Shown: one piece after another, positions 22,201-28,718 of the stretch
How the letters are laid out: each line of letters starts with the position of its first letter
How positions within the stretch are numbered: position 1 is the stretch's first letter
Origin: Oscillospiraceae bacterium
GTDB taxonomy: Bacteria; Bacillota; Clostridia; Oscillospirales; Oscillospiraceae
NCBI GenBank assembly: GCA_016287555.1
Contig: JAEFAK010000001.1
Span: 1-28,718, forward strand
Direction: 5' to 3'
DNA: 28,718 nucleotides
The notes under the pieces: generated by a model
What the model saw: the letters and a program-made list of their open reading frames with translations, nothing else
What the model was told of the DNA's origin: nothing
Database searches by the model: none
Translations under genes and position numbers: made by a program

Positions 22201-22561
22201 GTATGTTTTCCAGATAGCCCGTGCGCGATGCGCGGCCGCCGCAGATGGTAAGGCGGGCCGCGACGCGCGAGACCGCGCAGCTGAGCATCAGCAGCTTCGC
22301 GCCGCGGTCAGGCACGACGTCGGCAGCGCCGCCGCATTCGGCGGCGACGCGGTTGGCCAGGCGCGTGAAGCTCAGCACCTCGGCAAAGAGGCTCGCCTTC
22401 GGCCCGAGGGCAGAGGCGAGAGAGCGCTCTGCCTCATGCGAAAACTGCTCCGGCACGAGCATGATACGCCCGCCGACGCCGCGCTCAGCGCCCTCGCGCA
22501 GGCGCTCCAGCACGCGCGAGGTCTTGCCCGAGCCCGATCTTCCGCAAAGCAGCGTAAGCAA
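19253..22561 (-). CDS. addB: ATP-dependent helicase/nuclease subunit B
   Basis: 1102 aa, TTG start. Walker-A-like GRSGSGKT, VPEQFS, nuclease GKIDRVD...DYKTG, and Fe-S cysteines (FNKCRY plus CEYCEFAAAC). Confidence 0.95.
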   Translation of the reverse strand: MLTLLCGRSGSGKTSRVLERLREGAERGVGGRIMLVPEQFSHEAERSLASALGPKASLFAEVLSFTRLANRVAAECGGAADVVPDRGAKLLMLSCAVSRVAARLTICGGRASRTGYLENILRAIEDLDAADISDDAMLAAADAAGGAVAEKLNDLSVIREAYAQVRSELLTDPREVLDRLIDRLPGSSVGSGGVFVDGFTDFTGKELAVLDCFLRRGVDMTVTLTTDGSDAEEFSVCEKTKNTLAAMAARRGVRCEIVRLRNAAKKPPELLCLDAALTDYGAPRFEGEAKAVEIYRVGTREDECALAAARILDMMRADPTLRRRDFTVAAPDYAGYAPACEAVMREYGVAAYSGRRADVMQKPLILLAVSALDVVTGGWRSEDVFAYLKTGLTGMAPEDVDLLENYCLTWDIRGASMWTREEPWTMSPKGTSYELSDADRLLLERINAARTAAAMPLAGLAQALKRASTVAEKTRALWDMLDALRLSERLAGRAAALREAGQAQSADETDQLWGVLVDCLEQLHAVLGPIETDDADLSRHLKLLLSQYEVGTIPASLDAVTLCDLNAVRVRQKRVVMILGATADAIPASGAATGLFSCDEREKLSALGIDIGGGSDESVARELFAVYSALTAATEKLVLSWPESGERKVRPSFIVTRVADILGAEIKTVPPAECMTYAVSPCLRLAVGGDRRWSAPAAEALGMRPERAERLRDLKRRLRRDGSTLAPESVSALYGKEFRLSASRAESFNKCRYSYFVKYGLRASPRKKAEFDGAAIGTFAHYILENVVRDVKKLGGFASAPADACEELAERYLAEYCEKLLAGREKSGRFTYLLGTMKETVRRIVREVLDELRDSDFEPLDFELSFEDGGDLPPGVISSDGTQIKLSGKIDRVDGWTEGDTLYLRVADYKTGSETFSLSNVWYGLGMQMLIYLFMLAEEGEGRYGKKIEPAGVLYLPAKDTILQLPRETTDEKIEEKRRENSKRTGIALDKPELLKAMDRSGARLVFKTKRGEAPVKVASAERLGMLAKLVKKNLADIGAELEKGSIGAEPCYIGSNRLICEYCEFAAACPFDPGRDRPRRFKKISEDDFWQRLEKGGEDRA

Positions 22562-22601
22562 CGCTCCGTCTCCCCTTTCGTCGTTTTTCTTTAATTAAAT
22601 C

Positions 22602-22630
22602 ATTATATATCTTTTCTGCCCAAATAACAA
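22602..22630 (-). promoter_or_regulatory. Sigma-A-type promoter for the addBA operon
   Basis: Minus strand TTGTTA-N17-TATAAT in an AT-rich gap about 40 nt upstream of the addB start. Confidence 0.72.
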
Positions 22631-22661
22631 GCTCGGCCTGCCGGCGCTTTGAGGAGGCTGT

Positions 22662-23261
22662 TCACCGCGCTTTGACCGCCGCGAGCCGCTCCGCCATTTT
22701 CTCCAGCCACTCGACGAGGCGGAATTTGATCACGACCCCGTCGCCCTTTATGAAAACGCTTTCGCCCTCGCCGAGGCGCGCGAACGCTTCTTCGGCTCCG
22801 TCCTGCCCGCACAGCGGCGGGAACACGACGCACCACCAGTTATGCCCTTCTCCCGCGCCGAGCGTAACGCGCAGGCTCTCATATTCGCCCGCGGGCAGGG
22901 CGAACGTTTCGTATACCCGCGTCGGGAACAGCTCTCTTCCGAGCGAGACGGAGACGACGCCGCCGTAAACGGCGCGGGCCGCCTTCTCTATGTCCGGAAG
23001 CGAGCGCGCGTGGATCGTCTCGGCCTCCTCCCTGCTCCCGCAAGCCGACAGGCGCGGGGCGAGAAGAGCGTTGACGGCGTCCCTGACTTTGAGCTTTATC
23101 TCCTGCTCGTGCGGCTCGTCCGAGGCGGCGACGACGTGCATGCGCACTACGCGTTCGGAGAGCGTCTCGGCCTGACGCTTCACCGAGGCCGTCAGCATGA
23201 CGGCGAGCAGCAGGCAGAGCGCCGCGGCGATCCATACCGCGTTTTTGAGATATTTTTTCAT
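22662..23261 (-). CDS. spoIIR: Stage II sporulation protein R
   Basis: 199 aa from the ATG at 23261 (RBS AAAGGGG). Signal peptide, RMHVVAASD...EIKLKVRD, FPTRVY...LPAGEYESLRVTLGAGEGHNWWCVVFPPLC. Confidence 0.93.
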   Translation of the reverse strand: MKKYLKNAVWIAAALCLLLAVMLTASVKRQAETLSERVVRMHVVAASDEPHEQEIKLKVRDAVNALLAPRLSACGSREEAETIHARSLPDIEKAARAVYGGVVSVSLGRELFPTRVYETFALPAGEYESLRVTLGAGEGHNWWCVVFPPLCGQDGAEEAFARLGEGESVFIKGDGVVIKFRLVEWLEKMAERLAAVKAR

Positions 23262-23281
23262 GTTTTCCCCTTTCGTCAAAT

Positions 23282-23310
23282 AAAAAAAGCAGTCACGAAT
23301 GACTGCTTTC
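23282..23310 (-). terminator. Intrinsic terminator after ispE
   Basis: Minus strand GAAAGCAGTCA-TTCG-TGACTGC-TTTTTTT (UUCG tetraloop, 7 U). Confidence 0.85.
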
Positions 23311-23333
23311 ATCATTGACGGATGATCGGGGAT

Positions 23334-24200
23334 CTAATCAAGCGCGGGCGAAGTTTTCGTCGCAAAGCACTTAAAGCCCCGTATGCGCGAGGCCGCCGCA
23401 TTCGCCGTCTCCTCATCGGGAAAAAGGCCGTAGACGGCGCTTCCCGTCCCGCTCATGCAGGCGCCGAGCGCCCCGTTTTCGAGCAGGAGGTCCTTCGCTT
23501 CGTCGACTTTCTCGCTCCAGCGGCGCGGAAGGGCCGCCTCGAAGACATTGAAGATCCGGCGCGCGACGGAGGTCAGGCTGCCCTCGTCAATCGCGCGCAG
23601 CATTCCCGCCGTATCCGGGCGGGAGATGACGCGAAGACCGTCTATCGCCTTGAAAAGCTCGGGCGTGGACGATGCGAAGTCCGGCCTTAAGATTACTACT
23701 CCGCATTCGGGCACGGCGCGCAGGCGCGTCAGCTTCTCCCCTCTGCCCTCGCCGAGGACCGTCCCGCCCGCTATGCAGAAGGGCACGTCGCTCCCGAGAG
23801 GCTCGGAGAGCTTTTCGAGCTCCGGCAGGCTCAGCCCCGTCCCGCAGGCTCTGTTGAGCAGGCGCAGAACGGCGGCCGCGTCGGAGCTGCCTCCGGCGAG
23901 GCCTCCGCAGACTGGGATCCTCTTTTTAATATCGATGACGCCGCCGAGCTCGGGAACTCCCGTCTCGCGGAAAAAGAGCTGCGCTGCGCGCACGGCGAGG
24001 TTTTTGTCCCCCGTCGGCAGGAAGGGCAGGTCCGTCTTCGCCGTCAGCGGACAGTCGGACGGAGTGAACGTCACTTCGTCGCCGAATTCGACGCTCTGGA
24101 GGACGGTGACGACTCTGTGGTAGCCGTCGCCGGTCTTCTCCCGCACGTCCATGGTCAGATTCAGCTTCGCGCGCGCTTTTTCCGTATACTCAGCGTTCAA
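23334..24200 (-). CDS. ispE: 4-diphosphocytidyl-2-C-methyl-D-erythritol kinase
   Basis: 288 aa from a probable TTG at 24200 (GGAG upstream). KLNLTMDV, DGYHRV, KKRIPVCGGLAGGSSDAAA, GSDVPF and MSGTGSAVYG. Start position is inferred. Confidence 0.93.
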   Translation of the reverse strand: MNAEYTEKARAKLNLTMDVREKTGDGYHRVVTVLQSVEFGDEVTFTPSDCPLTAKTDLPFLPTGDKNLAVRAAQLFFRETGVPELGGVIDIKKRIPVCGGLAGGSSDAAAVLRLLNRACGTGLSLPELEKLSEPLGSDVPFCIAGGTVLGEGRGEKLTRLRAVPECGVVILRPDFASSTPELFKAIDGLRVISRPDTAGMLRAIDEGSLTSVARRIFNVFEAALPRRWSEKVDEAKDLLLENGALGACMSGTGSAVYGLFPDEETANAAASRIRGFKCFATKTSPALD

Positions 24201-25461
24201 TCGTTCTGCACTCCAGATAGTATCTCTTGTCTCTCGCCTCGCCCATGGAGAACGTCTTTTTCGGCAGGACGCCCTCAAGGACGATGCTCTTGAAGAAGCT
24301 GCTCTTATCGACCGCGCTGAAGAGGAACGAGGTCGTCATCGGGTTTTCAGACAGCTTTATCGCGACGTCGTCGCCGTGGACGAAGTCCACCTCGCCGCCG
24401 AGCCCGGCCAGCTCCGCATCGAGAAACTGTGTGAACGCTCCGATGGCGAGCGTCGCGGCGGAGGCGGGGATGGTCAGCGGCTCGGTCTTGCCGCCGACGG
24501 CGCAGTATATGGTATGCCCTTCGCCGAAGCCGGCATGGGCGCCGGGGAAAAACGCCGTCAGCGCGGCCTTTACCTTCTCGGGCTCGACGCCCGTTATGAC
24601 TCTGTGGATGGGATAGAAATCGAGCGCGGAATCCATGATATTGACGAGCTCGACGAGCGCATAGCGCGCGGGGTGATCCTCCCGCTCGCTCTCGGGCAGC
24701 TTTTTCTTTATTTCCTCCCAGCAGTACTTCGCCGTCGCGAGGGAATGGTTGCCGTCTCCGGCGGCAAAAAGCATGACGGGGCAGTCTGCTCCGACGCCGT
24801 AGCGCGCCTCGAAGGAGCAGCGGTCGGAAAGCGCGTCTATCGCGCGGTCGACGGCCTCTGCCGCCTCGCCCGTGACCTGCCAGCCGGCTATATGTCCGCC
24901 GTCCTCCATGAGCTCGAAGTCATACAGCTTGCGCATGGATTCCTTTTTGCCCGTCAGCGGCTCGATGACGATGTGGCTGGGGTCGTCGACGAGGAGCATG
25001 ACGTGGGGGCATTCGAGGGGCGAGCCTCGGCGCAGGCTTATGCGGACGGGCATCTTGCTGTTGACGCGGCCCTCGGTCGCCCGGACGGGAACGGTGCTCA
25101 CGGCGTCGCCCGAATAGCTCTCGAGATCGAGCTTGCCGACTATGCCGCGGCGGGTCTTGCCGTTTTTGAGCGTGCGCTCGACGTAGACGTACGAATCCGG
25201 GAAGCACTCGAGAATGCCGCTGTCGGCGATCTCCCTCGTATCCCTGCGGACGCGCTCGACCAGCTCGCGCAGGCGGCCGCTCTTATAGAGGTGCTCCGGA
25301 AGCATCATTCGGAGGGTGCTCGGCGCATTTCCGACTTTTTCCTCCACTTCGGCCCAGTATTCGGGCTCAGACGTGTGCTGATCGCAGGCTATGACGCTCC
25401 ACTTTTCAAATCCTTCCTTCGGAAGGAGGACGTCCGCCCGGCTGAATATCCTGTTGCTCAT
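24190..25461 (-). CDS. DUF1015 domain-containing protein
   Basis: 423 aa. WSVIACDQHTS, GIVGKLDLE, VRATEG, LYDFELM, GDGNHSLATAK, LVELVNI, FYPIHRV and LPKKTFSMG match my recollection of the DUF1015 family. Confidence 0.85.
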   Translation of the reverse strand: MSNRIFSRADVLLPKEGFEKWSVIACDQHTSEPEYWAEVEEKVGNAPSTLRMMLPEHLYKSGRLRELVERVRRDTREIADSGILECFPDSYVYVERTLKNGKTRRGIVGKLDLESYSGDAVSTVPVRATEGRVNSKMPVRISLRRGSPLECPHVMLLVDDPSHIVIEPLTGKKESMRKLYDFELMEDGGHIAGWQVTGEAAEAVDRAIDALSDRCSFEARYGVGADCPVMLFAAGDGNHSLATAKYCWEEIKKKLPESEREDHPARYALVELVNIMDSALDFYPIHRVITGVEPEKVKAALTAFFPGAHAGFGEGHTIYCAVGGKTEPLTIPASAATLAIGAFTQFLDAELAGLGGEVDFVHGDDVAIKLSENPMTTSFLFSAVDKSSFFKSIVLEGVLPKKTFSMGEARDKRYYLECRTIER

Positions 25462-26726
25462 AAACTGACTTCCTGCTTTGAGATGATTTCCTTTTCAAAA
25501 AGGAGTCCCATCAGGCGCGTGCCCGCGTCTATATACGGCCCTTTTTCGCCGCTCGGCTCGGAATAATCCGCGGGACCGTCGATCTCCGCTCCGCTGTCAT
25601 AGATCATGAACGGAACGGGCGCGGCGCCGTGGGCGCCGGTGGCTGTGAGGGTCTTGTGGTCGGAGAGGATGAGCATGCGGAAGCGCTCGCCGCGCTCGCG
25701 CATCTTCTCGACTATCCTTCCGACTACGAGGCCGTCTATGTTCTCGATGGACTTTATCTTGCCCGGAAGATCGTGGTTATGCGTGCATTCGTCCGGCGCC
25801 TCGACGTGGACTGCGACGAAATCGAGCCCCGAATCGAGCGCCTCTATCGCGGCGTCGGCCTTGCCCTCATAGTTGGTGTCGAGCTCGCCCGTCGCGCCCT
25901 CGACGGAGATGCGGCCGAGCCCGGTCAGCGCGGCGATGCCGTGGCAGAGGGGCACGGCGGAGATGACGGAGCCGCTCTTTCCGTAGGTCTCCGTGAAGGA
26001 CGGGAGCTCGGCGGCGGTGCCCTCCGCCCAGAACCAGATGCAGTTGCAGGGCAGCTTGCCCTCGGCGGTCCGGGCCCTGTTTATCGGATGCCCGCCCAGA
26101 TATTTGTTCGACAGCTCCATGAGGCCGCGGAGCGTCTTTGCATTCTCGTTGCCGGAGGGTATATTGTCCCCCACGCGCTCGCCGAGGTGATCGTGGGGCG
26201 GGCTGAGGCGGAGGCCCCTTATGTCTCCCCCGGTCTGCACGGCGATATGGCGGTAAGACAGCGTCGGCTTGACGGTGACGCCCGCTTCGCGCGCCGCGTC
26301 CCGGAATTCCGGGACAGTAAAGAGCCATTCGATGAGCTCCTTGGACTTATCTCCCTCTATGCCGCCGCCGCTGTGGGAGAGGATGCGCTTTTCCTCAAAC
26401 GGGACGTCCTCATCGGATATGGCGGCCATGTTGCAGCGGAAGGCCGCGTCGCCCGGAGCGAGGCGCAGGCCCTGAGCCGCCGCCTCGAGCGGGGCGCGCC
26501 CGGTATAGCACTTATGCGGGTCGCATCCGAATATGGAAAGAATGGCCGTGTCGCTTCCGGCCGGGAGCCCGTCGGGGCAGTTCTTGACGCTGCCGACGAG
26601 GCTGCGGCGCGCGAGCGCGTCTATAACGGGCTTCTTCGCCGCCTGCAGCGGCGTCCTGCCTCCGAGCTCGGGGACGGGATCGTCCGCCATGCCGTCGCCT
26701 ATTACCAGTATATACTTCATCGTCAT
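25458..26726 (-). CDS. apgM: Cofactor-independent phosphoglycerate mutase, ApgM / alkaline-phosphatase superfamily (proposed homoserine-kinase-like subfamily)
   Basis: 422 aa (alternative ATG at 26720). GDGMADDP...GRTPL, GSDTA (catalytic Ser), GRAPLEAAA, FRCN, HVEAPDECTH and LSDHKT. Confidence 0.88.
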   Translation of the reverse strand: MTMKYILVIGDGMADDPVPELGGRTPLQAAKKPVIDALARRSLVGSVKNCPDGLPAGSDTAILSIFGCDPHKCYTGRAPLEAAAQGLRLAPGDAAFRCNMAAISDEDVPFEEKRILSHSGGGIEGDKSKELIEWLFTVPEFRDAAREAGVTVKPTLSYRHIAVQTGGDIRGLRLSPPHDHLGERVGDNIPSGNENAKTLRGLMELSNKYLGGHPINRARTAEGKLPCNCIWFWAEGTAAELPSFTETYGKSGSVISAVPLCHGIAALTGLGRISVEGATGELDTNYEGKADAAIEALDSGLDFVAVHVEAPDECTHNHDLPGKIKSIENIDGLVVGRIVEKMRERGERFRMLILSDHKTLTATGAHGAAPVPFMIYDSGAEIDGPADYSEPSGEKGPYIDAGTRLMGLLFEKEIISKQEVSL

Positions 26727-27904
26727 TTACCGTCCTTTGACAGTCTTTCGAGAAATCTTCCGAGCCTCACGAGGGCCTCCGTCAGGTCCTCCGTCGAGGC
26801 GGCGTAGCACATGCGCACGAAGCCCTCGCCCGCCGCGCCGAACGCGGAGCCGGATATGACGGCCACCTTTTCCTCGAGCAGGAAACGCTCGCAGAATTCG
26901 TCCGAGGTCAGGCCCGTGCTCTTTATGCAGGGGAACATGTAAAACGCGCCGCGCGGCTCGAAGCATTCAAGCCCCGCGTCCCGCACGCCCTGCAGGAGCA
27001 GCCTGCGGCGGCGGTCATAGTCCTCACGCATGCGCGCTACGTCGATATCGCCGCTGTCGAGCGCCTCGATGGCCGCGTACTGCGCCGTCGTCGGGGCGCA
27101 CATGATGGCGAACTGGTGGAGCTTGAGCATCTGCTTTATGACGTCGGCCGGGCCGCAGACATAGCCCAGGCGCCAGCCGGTCATGGCGTAGGTCTTGGAA
27201 AAGCCGTTGATGACTATTGTCCTGTCGAAAAGCTCGGGTATGTTCGCCGGGGAGACGTGCTTCGTCCCGTAGGTCAGCTCGGAATATATCTCGTCGCTGA
27301 TGATCGCTATGTTTCTCCCGCGCAGGACCTTCGCCAGAGCCTCCAGATCCTCGCGGCGCATTATGGCGCCTGTCGGGTTGCAGGGATAAGGCAGGACGAG
27401 CGCCTTGGTGCGCGGTGTGAGCGCGGCCTCCAGCTCCTCGGGAGTGAGTCGGAACTCGTTTTCCTCCTTCGTCTCTACGAGGACGGGGACGCCGCCCGCC
27501 ACGCGCGTCAGCGGCTCGTAGCATACGAAGGACGGCATGGGGATTATGACCTCGTCGCCCGGATCGAGCAGGACCCGCAGGGCGAGGTCTATCGCCTCGC
27601 TGCCGCCGACCGTCACGACTATCTCGCTCTCGGGGTCGTAACGCAGAGCGAAACGCCGCTCCAGATACGCCGATATGGCGCGGCGCAGCGATAGGCAGCC
27701 GGCATTGCTCGTATATTTGGTAAAGCCCTTTTCCAGCGAATAGACGCCCGCGTCGCGAATGTGCCACGGGGTCACGAAATCGGGCTCGCCGACGCCGAGG
27801 GATATGGCGTCGGTCATGTCGTTGAGGATATCGAAGAATTTTCTGATGCCGGAGGGCGCGAGCGAGACGACCTTATCCGACAAGAGCTCGCCTATGCCGC
27901 TCAA
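26723..27904 (-). CDS. alaT: PLP-dependent aminotransferase class I/II, AlaT (YugH)-like
   Basis: 393 aa. PSGIRKFFD, ISLGVGEPDF, YPCNPTG, SDEIY, and the PLP lysine in GFSKTYAMTGWRLG. Paired with an AlaR-like regulator as in Bacillus subtilis yugG-yugH. Substrate is not established from sequence. Confidence 0.85.
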   Translation of the reverse strand: MSGIGELLSDKVVSLAPSGIRKFFDILNDMTDAISLGVGEPDFVTPWHIRDAGVYSLEKGFTKYTSNAGCLSLRRAISAYLERRFALRYDPESEIVVTVGGSEAIDLALRVLLDPGDEVIIPMPSFVCYEPLTRVAGGVPVLVETKEENEFRLTPEELEAALTPRTKALVLPYPCNPTGAIMRREDLEALAKVLRGRNIAIISDEIYSELTYGTKHVSPANIPELFDRTIVINGFSKTYAMTGWRLGYVCGPADVIKQMLKLHQFAIMCAPTTAQYAAIEALDSGDIDVARMREDYDRRRRLLLQGVRDAGLECFEPRGAFYMFPCIKSTGLTSDEFCERFLLEEKVAVISGSAFGAAGEGFVRMCYAASTEDLTEALVRLGRFLERLSKDGK

Positions 27905-28383
27905 CAGAACATCATCCTTTCCTGCTGCTCCGGCTGCGTCTCGAAGGCTATGTTCTTATCCTTGTATTTCTTGAGGATAAAGTGGGTCGCCGTGCCGACG
28001 ACGCCGTCTATCGTCGAAAGGCGCGAGGAAACGAAGGTCGAGACCTCCTTGAGGGTCCGGCCGGAGATTATGACCGTCAGATCGTAGGCCCCGCTCATCA
28101 GATAGAGGCTCTCGACCTCCTCATACTGATATATGCGCTCGGCTATGCGGTCGAACCCGTCGCCGCGCTGAGGCGTTACCTTGACCTCGATGAGGGCGGT
28201 GACGAACTCCTCGCCGGTCTTGTCCCAGTCTACGAGCGTGAGGCGGCCGAGTATCGTCCCGTCCTTCTCGCACTCCCTGATAGTCTGCGCGACCTCCTCC
28301 TCGGTCAGTCCGAGCATGGCGGCGATCTGCGCGTCGGTCAGGCGGCTGTCCTTCTCAAGTATTTTAAGGATCTCTTTCTTCAT
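27901..28383 (-). CDS. alaR: Lrp/AsnC family transcriptional regulator, AlaR (YugG)-like
   Basis: 160 aa. N-terminal HTH; VTALIEVKVTPQRGDGFDRIAERIY, LMSGAYDL and THFILKKYK are characteristic of the YugG/AlaR subfamily. Confidence 0.88.
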   Translation of the reverse strand: MKKEILKILEKDSRLTDAQIAAMLGLTEEEVAQTIRECEKDGTILGRLTLVDWDKTGEEFVTALIEVKVTPQRGDGFDRIAERIYQYEEVESLYLMSGAYDLTVIISGRTLKEVSTFVSSRLSTIDGVVGTATHFILKKYKDKNIAFETQPEQQERMMFC

Positions 28384-28430
28384 GGATTTGAAGCTCCTTT
28401 CGGATCCGGAAGTTTTTATGATATTAAATG

Positions 28431-28459
28431 ATTATAGCACACGCTCTTTTGCCCTGCAA
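28431..28459 (-). promoter_or_regulatory. Sigma-A-type promoter for the alaR operon
   Basis: Minus strand TTGCAG-N17-TATAAT with an extended -10 (TGcTATAAT). Confidence 0.78.
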
Positions 28460-28462
28460 TAT

Positions 28463-28491
28463 GAATATGGAACGAAAAACGGGTCAAACTA
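28463..28491 (+). promoter_or_regulatory. Candidate forespore sigma-G/sigma-F-type promoter for the DUF378 gene
   Basis: GAATA-N17-CAAACTA resembles the B. subtilis sigma-G consensus GHATA-N17/18-CATACTA. Confidence 0.45.
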
Positions 28492-28565
28492 AAGGCGAAA
28501 TACAGGCTCGCCGGCACCTGCGCCTCCCTCGGCGCGTCTGCGGGCCCGATACCGGAGGTTTCCAA

Positions 28566-28718
28566 ATGATAATGGACCGCATCTCGCTGGCTCTGATCGT
28601 CATCGGCGCGCTCAACTGGGGCAGCATCGGTATTTTCAAGTTTGACATCGTCGCAGCGATCTTCGGAGGGCAGACGGCCACCGTCAGCCGCATCATCTTC
28701 ACGCTGGTGGGGCTTGCC
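28566..28718 (+). CDS. DUF378 domain-containing small membrane protein (YuzA-like), partial
   Basis: Not in the ORF track. RBS GGAGG, then MIMDRISLALIVIGALNWGSIGIFKFDIVAAIFGGQTATVSRIIFTLVGLA, which runs off the window. The IGALNWG motif is typical of DUF378. Confidence 0.9.
   Translation, partial: MIMDRISLALIVIGALNWGSIGIFKFDIVAAIFGGQTATVSRIIFTLVGLA

Noticed and set aside
15823-22561. AddAB as an anti-phage helicase-nuclease defence system
   Set aside because: Motifs, sizes and gene order match the canonical housekeeping AddAB recombination complex.

Overview
High-GC chromosomal window from a probably spore-forming Clostridia-class bacterium (Oscillospiraceae-like; inferred from SLH proteins, spoIIR, addAB and alaR-alaT, not from a search). 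The right two-thirds (10275-28383) is minus-strand housekeeping DNA in two apparent operons: alaR-alaT-apgM-like mutase-DUF1015-ispE, and addB-addA-PNP-homocysteine methyltransferase domain-PMT/GT39 mannosyltransferase-PHP phosphatase-rpiB-small membrane protein-TetR, with spoIIR between them. A partial DUF378 gene lies at the right edge. The left third is accessory-like: a partial SLH-domain surface protein, a three-gene unit (two unknown membrane proteins plus an MptpB-like phosphatase), a divergent SDR / MBL-hydrolase + iron-ADH cluster, an orphan lipoprotein, and an intact IS30-family element. The most distinctive non-coding signal is a dense set of REP-like palindromes. One is a REPIN-like doublet inside a multi-family mosaic (about 4266-4550). 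Two similarly built composite blocks (GGGGACAGACCCC hairpin + GGGGACAGTCCCC hairpin + GTAG-tagged REP) flank the lipoprotein cassette as direct repeats, and that cassette also carries a duplicated promoter. No rRNA, tRNA or CRISPR array was seen. All product calls come from motif recognition only; no database search was run.
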